DNA of 64,000 nt, taken from contig OY969763.1 of NCBI GenBank assembly GCA_963702845.1, forward strand, positions 128,001-192,000, given 5' to 3'. This document shows, in pieces, positions 50,984 through 58,537 of this stretch. Numbering within the stretch: the first letter of the stretch is position 1; every line of letters begins with the position of its first letter. A program made the translations under genes and the position numbers. This stretch comes from an uncultured Verrucomicrobiae bacterium (GTDB lineage: Bacteria; Verrucomicrobiota; Verrucomicrobiia; Limisphaerales; Palsa-1400). The notes under the pieces were generated by a model. The model was not told the DNA's origin, searched no databases, and worked only from the letters and a program-made list of their open reading frames with translations.

Positions 50984-50992
50984 GGAGACTTT

Positions 50993-51052
50993 GGCCTACC
51001 AATTTATCTGCGACAACTGTTCGCATAGTTTTAATCGGCGAACAAGGGTTTT
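50993..51052 (-). repeat. Family-B attI-like site
   Basis: TGTTCGC-13nt-GCGAACA inverted repeat; aligns with the 8382 and 55450 copies. Confidence 0.8.
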
Positions 51053-51128
51053 TGGGGTTGTCCTAAAAGCTGTCAAACGGGGACTGGGGTATGTGGTTGC
51101 TGATGGCTGCAGCGCTTGGTTAGACGTC

Positions 51129-51437
51129 TTACGAGTAATGTGCGGTAATGCCAGCATAAGTCAGTGTGACGAAGAACGCGATAAAGACTCCAGCCTCAAC
51201 CCATATTCTCGTCCGAAGCGTTTTCTTGCGAACGATGAAACGAGCAACGGTAGCGGTGATAAAATAAACACACGCTGCTACAAAGCCAATAACCATGAAG
51301 CCGATGATAAATCCAAACTCCTGCTGTCCGTCTCCAGGATACTGCTCTCCCCACTGTAAGTGGGAGAACGGCAAAGCGACGGCAACGCCGACCGTTAGCA
51401 GAACCCGAAGTAGCGCAAGCAAGACGTGGCGTTTCAT
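51129..51437 (-). CDS. Cassette: three-TM protein
   Basis: GTCTAAC R'' follows the stop (51120-51126). Confidence 0.7.
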   Translation of the reverse strand: MKRHVLLALLRVLLTVGVAVALPFSHLQWGEQYPGDGQQEFGFIIGFMVIGFVAACVYFITATVARFIVRKKTLRTRIWVEAGVFIAFFVTLTYAGITAHYS

Positions 51438-51456
51438 GGTGAGATGCGCGAATGAC

Positions 51457-51507
51457 ACCTAACAGTTGAGCTCGGGAGGTTTCACACAGGCTCGCGATTT
51501 GTTAGGC
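51457..51507 (-). other. Short, internally deleted attC
   Basis: ACCTAAC...GTTAGGC, 51 bp. Confidence 0.6.
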
Positions 51508-51925
51508 CAAGATTGTTGCATGTGCGGAGTCTGCCTGAACTACGACAATGGCGCCGGACATGAACTCGATGGCATTCAAAGCAAGCGGTTGAGCAGTCAT
51601 CCTCTCGTCGCAAATCATTAGGGAACCCTCTCCAGTCCTCGTCCGTCCAGTAGCCGAAATTACGCAAGCAATCGTCCTCAGTGAACGGAAGCCCAGAACG
51701 ACGAGGCAGAAACCGAAACTCGGTAACGCCTGAAAACTCGATCGTAGATGACGCTGGCAGACTGTTACGGACGCCCTCGCGCTCAGAACGTCGCCACAGC
51801 AACAACAGAGTCCGCTGGGCCACTGAGTAACGCAATTCTTGGAAGTCATAGTCATTGTGGAGATCAAGTTCGTGTGGCGGTTGAACAAGATAGATTCCCA
51901 TGTTGACTGTGAAATTGCGGCGCAT
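51502..51925 (-). pseudogene. Cassette gene frameshifted near 51630
   Basis: N-part ...GYWTDEDW in one frame; C-part IEFMSGAIVVVQA..ILA* ends in R''. Confidence 0.6.
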
Positions 51926-51934
51926 GGCAGTTGG

Positions 51935-52060
51935 CTCTAACGATCAAGCTCAGCCACAGCCGGGAAACTGCAGCAACGACTGCAGGTCTGACAATCTAAT
52001 TTCATATCCCGATCCAAAACAAGGTGGCCTACGGCTGGTGGCTGAAGCGCCTTGTTAAGC
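51935..52060 (-). other. attC site
   Basis: CTCTAAC..TCAGCCACAGCCG/CGGCTGGTGGCTGA..GTTAAGC. Confidence 0.85.
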
Positions 52061-52408
52061 GCTTCGCCTCTTTGTCCTGCGCCGCCCAACGCCGCGTGAC
52101 CCCCCTAATGCCGGGGCAATCTGTTTGTACGCGTATACTATGAGGCCGCCAATGATAAAAGGACTTACCCCCTCAACTGCCAACTTTACGTGTGCTTGGG
52201 AAAGGGAGCCTCGCTCCTTTTCGTAAACCTCCTTCCACTTGTCTCTGTATTCCTTGTGATACCTGGTCTCGGTAGCAATTTCTTGAAATGCAACGGAGTA
52301 AAGTCCGGCGGTCACAAGCAGAGGTACGACCGCCAGACATATCAAGGTAAGGAATCCTAAGAAAGCTCCATAAACGCCAGAGCGCCCAAAGAAAAAAATG
52401 AGAATCAT
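52055..52408 (-). CDS. Cassette: membrane protein
   Basis: Stop within R''; TM segments. Confidence 0.65.
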   Translation of the reverse strand: MILIFFFGRSGVYGAFLGFLTLICLAVVPLLVTAGLYSVAFQEIATETRYHKEYRDKWKEVYEKERGSLSQAHVKLAVEGVSPFIIGGLIVYAYKQIAPALGGSRGVGRRRTKRRSA

Positions 52409-52485
52409 GCAATGCTCCAAACGCGATGCGAAAGTCCTCGCCGCCTCTCCGCATAAATGAACGATTGCGCATTCACAGTGATGGC

Positions 52486-52700
52486 GCCCAACTATGATTA
52501 TGCGACGGGGTGTCGCGGTCATTTTGATATACGAACGGTTGGTTCATATTGGTTGAGGAGATTATTGTTATGCTGGCGCTGCGAAGCAAGCGCAACACAA
52601 CGCGCTCGCGAGCACGGCGACGACATGCTGGAGATTCGCGATTGGAAATGGAGTGCGTAGCGCGGGCATCACCGAGAACAGCGTGCAGGTGACGATTATT
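52486..52700. repeat. Family-A repeat copy 4
   Basis: 52610-52660 encodes EHGDDMLEIRDWKWSA*; downstream 40 bp shared with 54889-54929. Confidence 0.9.
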
Positions 52701-53064
52701 TAAGGGGTGGCTGATCGTTCGGAGAAGCCTCCGATTTGACTGCTTCAGCAGCAACGGAACTGTGTGCATTCAGAACAGGACGGACCAGAAGAACAATGCC
52801 GATGCACCAAGAGATGAGGTCGGCGAAGTACATCAAACGCCGAAACGTCCGGGTGACGATATAGTTTGGATCGCCCATCGGTTGCAGGCTAACGGTGTGG
52901 TCGTAAACCGTATCGATGATACCGAGCACGCACGCAATGGCGATGAAGATGAAAGCTTTATTCCGAGTCCGCTTGAACGCTGGATAAACGTGACATAACA
53001 CGATTGCATCGACAGCGATTGTTAGCACAAGGCTGAGGTGCGACAGGAATCTGAGCCAGATCAT
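52696..53064 (-). CDS. Cassette-like three-TM protein
   Basis: Hydrophobic helices; lies between family-A copies. Confidence 0.7.
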   Translation of the reverse strand: MIWLRFLSHLSLVLTIAVDAIVLCHVYPAFKRTRNKAFIFIAIACVLGIIDTVYDHTVSLQPMGDPNYIVTRTFRRLMYFADLISWCIGIVLLVRPVLNAHSSVAAEAVKSEASPNDQPPLK

Positions 53065-53144
53065 ATAGTGGTTAGGAGACTATTGTTCTGCTGCCGCTGC
53101 GAATCAAGCGCAACACAACGCGCTTGACCTTGGGCCTTGGGCAC
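53061..53144. repeat. Family-A partial copy (arm only)
   Basis: ggagactattgttctgctgccgctgcgaatcaagcgcaac...; ends at gggcac where the xfp-like tail would begin. Confidence 0.85.
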
Positions 53145-53279
53145 AAACGCGGCGTTCCCATGACGCTGTTTGAGTCCCAGTGTTATCATGGGCCGGGAAT
53201 CGGTATCCATGGCCTGGTTTTTTGCAAGGCGGTCGCGCCGGTCGGGTTTTGCGCGCGTATCGTTGAGCCCTCCGCTTTG

Positions 53280-53363
53280 TCCGTTGTTCCCAACGCTCGC
53301 TCCGTTATCTCCAACGCCGGCTCCGTTGGGTTCAACGCCCACTCCGTTAGCCCCAACGATGCC
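53280..53363. repeat. Four 21-bp degenerate tandem repeats
   Basis: TCCGTT-N5-CAACG-N5, four times. Confidence 0.8.
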
Positions 53364-53373
53364 ACCGTTGACT

Positions 53374-53411
53374 ACTGATAGGAAATTGCTTTTTGACGCT
53401 GGCGCGGTTAA
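53374..53411 (+). repeat. 38-bp direct repeat, copy 1 (copy 2 at 54816-54853)
   Basis: actgataggaaattgctttttgacgctggcgcggttaa identical in both. Confidence 0.9.
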
Positions 53412-53438
53412 GTCTGCCCCTGCTAATCATTTTGTTTT

Positions 53439-54281
53439 CTACTCATCTTGATCATTGATGTACCAATAAAGAAGGAGGTTCGTGACTTCGTTTGCCTTCA
53501 CGCCTGAGTTCTTCTTCCTGATTTCTGAAAATAGCGCGATAAACTTGGCATTGGTGAAAAGAAGCTCGGCCGTGCCGGCCTGAGGTACAACCAGCAAACG
53601 ACCATCAAAGCCTTCGTCCGTTGTCGCGCCGACGGGATGAGCAATCAGCCGCCGATCTTTACCCGCTGATGTTGTCCAATCAGCCGGATGAACAACCCGT
53701 CTCCCGTCTTTTCCCTCGTCCCATATCCAGCCAGGAGGGCAAGCCACACGCCTGCCGTCGCCCCCCTCCTCCCACGACCAACTGTTCGGTCGGATAATTC
53801 GCCTGCTGTCAAATCCGTCCTCCCAGGTCCAACTGACGGGCCGAACGACTCGGCGACCATCTTCTCCCTCGTCCCATGTCCAACTCGCAGGACGAACCAC
53901 ACGCCCATCCAGTCCCTGCTCATAGTCCCAGCTTTTGGGCCGCACCACGACCCTGCCGCCTGGCCCCAGTTCCCAGGTCCAGTCCGCTGGGCACGCGACC
54001 AACCGGCTGTCGAGCCCCTGCTTTAAGTGCCAATTCGTCGGGTAAGCAATCATCCTCAAATCTCCCCCTTGTCCGTTTGTCCATCCTGCCGGCAGTAGAA
54101 CCTTTCGGCCATCCCTGCCTTCGATAACGCCCGGAGCCTTCGCAAACCGGATGCGGACAATTAAACTGGTTGGATCGGAATCGTTCGCAGATTGTGCGTA
54201 AAGAGAGACCGAGGTGAAACAGACCGCGATGAGGACGCGACTGCAATATCTGGCGATACGGCCAATGAGTGTGGGTTTCAT
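53439..54281 (-). CDS. Secreted protein with about ten 17-aa Trp/Gly repeats
   Basis: Signal peptide; PxxWxWxxGxDGRxVxx repeats. Confidence 0.8.
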   Translation of the reverse strand: MKPTLIGRIARYCSRVLIAVCFTSVSLYAQSANDSDPTSLIVRIRFAKAPGVIEGRDGRKVLLPAGWTNGQGGDLRMIAYPTNWHLKQGLDSRLVACPADWTWELGPGGRVVVRPKSWDYEQGLDGRVVRPASWTWDEGEDGRRVVRPVSWTWEDGFDSRRIIRPNSWSWEEGGDGRRVACPPGWIWDEGKDGRRVVHPADWTTSAGKDRRLIAHPVGATTDEGFDGRLLVVPQAGTAELLFTNAKFIALFSEIRKKNSGVKANEVTNLLLYWYINDQDE

Positions 54282-54440
54282 TTGACTAGTATTTGAATAT
54301 CTGACGAGTGCGGGGCGGGGAAACTTCAAAACTTGTCGGTAGATGACAAACAGTCGCCGCGGCCGATCGCGTGATGAGCTTTAGTTGTTTCCGCGCGCTC
54401 GCCACCCGTAATCCCGACATAAATGTGAACGGGAACCACG

Positions 54441-54512
54441 GACTCGCACAGACGAACACGGACTTACACGGACTTACACGGACTTACACGGACTTACACG
54501 GACTTACACGGA
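54441..54512. repeat. 10-bp tandem repeat
   Basis: GACTTACACG five perfect copies (54461-54510) plus degenerate flanks. Confidence 0.95.
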
Positions 54513-54692
54513 GCCGAACGTCGGCATCCAATCGGGCTACCTTCATTCTGTATCTCGGGACGGTGGGCCGCGACGATTTCTGTCAGGAACTGATAAAATT
54601 CAAAAGCCTGAAGTATCCATAACGCTCCGGGCTTTATGTGCGATGGTAAAAAAGTTCTTTTGCCGATTGGGACTGGTGAGAGGTTTGGTTGA

Positions 54693-54816
54693 GTGAGCGC
54701 TGAATCGCATAAGTATAGGCTGAACGCCGTTCTGGCCGCCACTATCCTCGGGTCGAGCATGGTGTTTATCGACTCGACGGTCGTGAATGTCATCCTGCCG
54801 CGGCTTCAATCGGAAA
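54693..54816 (+). pseudogene. 5' fragment of an EmrB/QacA-type MFS transporter
   Basis: VLAATILGSSMVFIDSTVVNVILP, cut by the 38-bp repeat. Confidence 0.75.
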
Positions 54817-54852
54817 CTGATAGGAAATTGCTTTTTGACGCTGGCGCGGTTA

Positions 54853-54930
54853 ATGCCGGAGATCCGCGATTGGAAGTGGAGTTCGTAGCGCGGACATCAT
54901 CGAGAACAGCGTGCAGGTGACGATTATTTG
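54853..54930. repeat. Family-A partial copy (xfp-like tail plus downstream)
   Basis: Encodes MPEIRDWKWSS*. Confidence 0.85.
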
Positions 54931-54990
54931 AGCGGTGAACGCGATCTACGAACCACCACATCTCCGGTGAAATGTTAGGGTCCGACGAAT

Positions 54991-55445
54991 CTATCGCTGA
55001 TACCAGTGGTGCTTCCTGATGTTTATCACAACCAATTTTCCATTTTCCCTCATCACAGCAATATCAAATGAAAATGTCTTCTTGCCCTTTGCTGTGCCTG
55101 TAAACACCAAGCCCACATTGTTCCGGTCGTCCCTATTTGCCCTGCCGTGGGTGTTCCAAGTGACAACGGTCCCCTTAAACTCGGTGACCACTTGGTCGGC
55201 ATACAAGGAACGCATGGAATCAGTCTGCGTTGCATAGCTAAGTGTGCTAGAATATCTAACATCTTATCAACTTCCCCAGCCTGTGCGTAGCGAACGAACT
55301 CAGTGGCCTTGGCTCGGTAGACCGGCTCCTCACCATAAACAGCGGCCATGCTGAATCTCGCTAGGTCGCGCGGACCACTCACGCAGCCTTGAAACGACAA
55401 CGCAACAACAAGAAACACCGGAAATAATTTTGTGTGTGACTGCAT
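54991..55445 (-). pseudogene. Cassette lipoprotein gene frameshifted near 55245
   Basis: FQGC lipobox ORF continues in the 54991-55215 frame; CCCTAAC R'' after the stop. Confidence 0.6.
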
Positions 55446-55449
55446 AATG

Positions 55450-55508
55450 GTCCTAACAACTAATTCGCGCCAATAGTTCGCACATTTTTAATCCGCGAAC
55501 AAGGGTTT
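55450..55508 (-). repeat. Family-B attI-like site with an intact GTTAGG core
   Basis: Minus strand ...gcgcgaattagttGTTAGGAC, a few bases before the ATG. Confidence 0.8.
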
Positions 55509-55550
55509 GTAGGTTCAAGGTTCGAAGTTCCGACGCTTCGGGTGGATTAC

Positions 55551-55600
55551 GCAGCGCAGATGACAGGCGCGCAACTGACTTTCTTATGTAATCAGCGTTG
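55551..55600 (+). repeat. Family-C repeat near the right edge of the array
   Basis: Direct repeat of 47112-47160. Confidence 0.85.
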
Positions 55601-55686
55601 CGAAGGCCACTTTCTGATGGAACTGTACGAAGGGCTTCCCTTGGAAAGACTGCGCAAAATCCTAGGTCACACGGAGGATCATTACC

Positions 55687-55992
55687 ATGAATAACAGTGC
55701 ATACTTAGCGGTTCGCCGATATGATGGCGTCACAGATTCTAAAGAGGCGACTCGCCGGATACAGGAAGGATTCATACCGTTGATTAGTAAAATCCCAGGA
55801 TTCATCTCTTACTACTGGGTGGACGAAGGAGACGGTGTGATGGTTTCGGTAAGCGTTTTTACGACTAGAGAAGGAGAGGGAGAATCTAATCGCCTGGCTG
55901 CGGATTTCGTAAAACAACACATCGCTCCCTTGCTCCCGAAGCCTCCCCGGATCACTGCCGGTCAAGTCGTTGCGAGTGCGGCAAAGAAATAG
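55687..55992 (+). CDS. ABM-like dimeric alpha/beta-barrel protein
   Basis: VRRY, GFIPL...PGF..YY..D.GDG, P.ITAG.V; GGAGG RBS. Confidence 0.75.
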   Translation: MNNSAYLAVRRYDGVTDSKEATRRIQEGFIPLISKIPGFISYYWVDEGDGVMVSVSVFTTREGEGESNRLAADFVKQHIAPLLPKPPRITAGQVVASAAKK

Positions 55993-56276
55993 GTAGTGCT
56001 GGTGGTGCGCCGGTGTGAGAGCCGGCTGCCAGCCACAATTTCTAGAGTGCCGAGCAAAAGTGAGGCTGCTAATGCGCCCACCCAAATCAGGCGCCAGACG
56101 CGGGTATATCTCCAGGCCAGCACCAAACCTGCAACCGCCACAACGAACATCAACCCACAAATCGGCAAGTCTGCTGGTGGAACACTCAGCGAGCCCACGA
56201 CGAGCAGGCATGGCACAAGGTAGCACGCCAACAGAACCGGCAGAAGAAATTGTGTGTAGGAAGGTGGCTTTTTCAT
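55962..56276 (-). CDS. Cassette-like three-TM protein
   Basis: Preceded by a half attC at 56292-56356. Confidence 0.6.
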   Translation of the reverse strand: MKKPPSYTQFLLPVLLACYLVPCLLVVGSLSVPPADLPICGLMFVVAVAGLVLAWRYTRVWRLIWVGALAASLLLGTLEIVAGSRLSHRRTTSTTYFFAALATT

Positions 56277-56291
56277 ACGTTATGGAGCGTT

Positions 56292-56356
56292 GCCCAACGT
56301 TTCAGCTCAGCCACAGCCGACTCATGACGTGCACCGCGACAGCGGAACGGACAACC
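56292..56356 (-). other. Truncated attC (R' half)
   Basis: GCCCAAC..CTCAGCCACAGCCGACTC..AGCGGAACGGACA resembles attC 49851-49949. Confidence 0.7.
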
Positions 56357-56380
56357 CATTTGGGAGTTTATTACACAACG

Positions 56381-56408
56381 TTGACACGCCGTAGCTTCCC
56401 CTTATAAT
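56381..56408 (+). promoter_or_regulatory. Consensus sigma-70 promoter
   Basis: TTGACA-16nt-TATAAT. Confidence 0.55.
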
Positions 56409-56940
56409 CCCTTAAGCCGCCGGTCCTTGCCGGCGCTGGGGATCGTCAAAAATGTGCAACTTTCCCCGGTTCGTTCTTTGAAAACTGCACTAAAAGTGCG
56501 ACTTAATTCCCACCAAAAGTGCAAGAATGTGCGGGAATGTGGGGCAATGTGTGACAATGTGCGACTTTCCCGTGATGTTTTCTTCCGGAGTCAGCATTGC
56601 GAGGCCGACGTTCGGCCTTTGACAAAAGTAGAAGCATTTCCTTCTACAAAGTTTCTCCACTTGGCAACTAATTGCCGGAAGTAGTAGGAAGTTGCAACAT
56701 TTCGATGATATTTTTTGATTCGGCTGCTTAAGCCGCGGACTGATTGTAACGCCAAGACACGGCGCGGCCAAGCCGCAACCGAAGTCGAGGGGTCGAAGGT
56801 CGAAAGTCGAGAGCCAAAAGCGATCCGATAGCCCATTGGAAGAATTTTGCCAAAAATGCTCAACTTTTGCAGATAGCACTGTGAAAAGACGCAGAGACAG
56901 GTTTGGAAAAGGAATGCTGCGAGCAGGCGGCGCTAGATAT

Positions 56941-57726
56941 TTAAAACCACTTTAGGAGTTCGCGGGCGACGAGTTGGTGGCCGGATCGATTTGGGTGGTT
57001 TGATTGGGCCATTAGGTCGGCGAGTGGGGTGCCGGAATCGATTTTGGCACGGAAAGCTTCGAGGCTGTCAGCGAGGCCAACGCCGTATTCTTGAGCGAGG
57101 CGGCGGATTTGTTGGGCGTGTTGGTTTAAGGGATCGTTTGGGTCATTGAGCTGGGAGTTTTTGTCGGGGGTTGGGGTGAGGAGGATTACTTTTATTCCGT
57201 GAGCCTGAGCATCGGTGATCATTTTGCGCCACGCGGCTTCGGCGCGGGTCAAACCGATACCGCGGTCGTTGAGGGCGTAGTCGATGGTGATGAGGCCGGG
57301 GTGGAGGGCGAGGACGTCGTGGTCGAAGCGGGCGGCGCCGGTTTCGGAGTGTTCGCCACCGATGGCAGTGACGATGACGTTGATGACGGCGTGGGGGTAG
57401 CGGTCGGCCAAGGCGCGGTGGAGGAGGTTCGGATAGGCGTCGAAGGTCCGGACTTCGGGCGTTTTGAAGTAGCCGGCCGGGACGCTGTGACCGTGACAGA
57501 TGATGTTGATGGTGTGATTGGTGGGCCAGGATTTGGTTAGTTCGGTTTTGAGCGGTGCTAAATAGGTGTCATGCGCTGAGGTTCGAGGGAGCGAGTCGGG
57601 GCCAAGGCGCGGGTGCGATGAGTGGTCGACAGTCCGACAACCGTTCGCGAACAGGAACAGCCCGAGAATCCAAAACTGGCGTGAGATAGCGTTCAAGTGC
57701 GTTGATTTAATCACGGCCCAGTCCAT
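56941..57726 (-). CDS. SGNH/GDSL hydrolase
   Basis: GHSVPAG, IGGE.S, DYALND, NHPN..GH. Confidence 0.88.
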   Translation of the reverse strand: MDWAVIKSTHLNAISRQFWILGLFLFANGCRTVDHSSHPRLGPDSLPRTSAHDTYLAPLKTELTKSWPTNHTINIICHGHSVPAGYFKTPEVRTFDAYPNLLHRALADRYPHAVINVIVTAIGGEHSETGAARFDHDVLALHPGLITIDYALNDRGIGLTRAEAAWRKMITDAQAHGIKVILLTPTPDKNSQLNDPNDPLNQHAQQIRRLAQEYGVGLADSLEAFRAKIDSGTPLADLMAQSNHPNRSGHQLVARELLKWF

Positions 57727-57814
57727 TGTCTACACGGGAGCCGCCGTCGGCAGCCGATAAAATCAGGGCGCAACTGAATTGACCCTGCGGTGTTAAATCG
57801 CATATCATCGTAAT

Positions 57815-58534
57815 ATGCGAATTTCGTCCAAAGGTCGTGTCGGCATTGGGATCGTCGGTCTCCTGGCTGTTGCGGGTCTGGTAGTCTGGTGGGCCCTGCA
57901 ACAAGGTAGATTGCCAACGCTGCCGACGGCGATTACGCAAACATCCAATCCGGGAGCAAATCCTGGGGCCGGTCACGGCACCAACGGCTCAGAAACGCAA
58001 GCGAGCACCAGCGGCACTGCTCAAGATGCACCCGAAGTGGCGGTGGAAGTCGAAACACCGGAAGTTCCTGTGCCGAAAACATGGGAAGATCATCTGGATG
58101 ACATTCTCTTGAGCGACGATAACGAGAATACCAAGGCGGACCAAATTCTGGCCCTGATGCAAACTACGCTACCGGAAAATCAGGAGGAGTTGGCCCAGCA
58201 CCTGGTGAACATGGTGCAGGACGATCATTACGAGGGCACTTCGAATTTGTTGATGAACCTGAACACGCAGACGAATGTCGCGGAGGTTTTGTTGAACGAT
58301 CTTCTGAATCGCAACAACACGCTCAAACTGAACACGCTTCTGCAAATTGTGAAAGTTCCCGAGCATCCGTTGCATGAAAATGCGCGCGAGATGCTGGAGT
58401 TGTTCGTGCAGGAGGATCACGGAAAGAATTACGACGAGTGGGAAAAAGCGGTGGCAGATTGGTTGAAGGAGAATGAGCCGGAACCGCAAGCGCAGGCCCA
58501 GGCGACTGCTCCAGATGCGCCAGCGCCGCAGTAA
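57815..58534 (+). CDS. Membrane-anchored helical protein
   Basis: N-terminal TM, low-complexity linker, helical domain. Confidence 0.8.
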   Translation: MRISSKGRVGIGIVGLLAVAGLVVWWALQQGRLPTLPTAITQTSNPGANPGAGHGTNGSETQASTSGTAQDAPEVAVEVETPEVPVPKTWEDHLDDILLSDDNENTKADQILALMQTTLPENQEELAQHLVNMVQDDHYEGTSNLLMNLNTQTNVAEVLLNDLLNRNNTLKLNTLLQIVKVPEHPLHENAREMLELFVQEDHGKNYDEWEKAVADWLKENEPEPQAQAQATAPDAPAPQ

Positions 58535-58537
58535 GGA

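Larger units (their letters stand above)
47197..56360 (-). mobile_element. Integron-like cassette array without an integrase in the window (CALIN-like)
   Basis: About 14 short co-oriented ORFs; several RYYYAAC...GTTRRRY-type hairpins; stop codons overlapping R''. Confidence 0.85.

Noticed and set aside
51018..51044. Verrucomicrobial LexA box (TGTTC-N4-GAACA)
   Set aside because: The half-sites are 17 bp apart, not 4.
48993..52660. Family-A repeats as a CRISPR array
   Set aside because: Units are about 190 bp and separated by whole genes; no cas genes.
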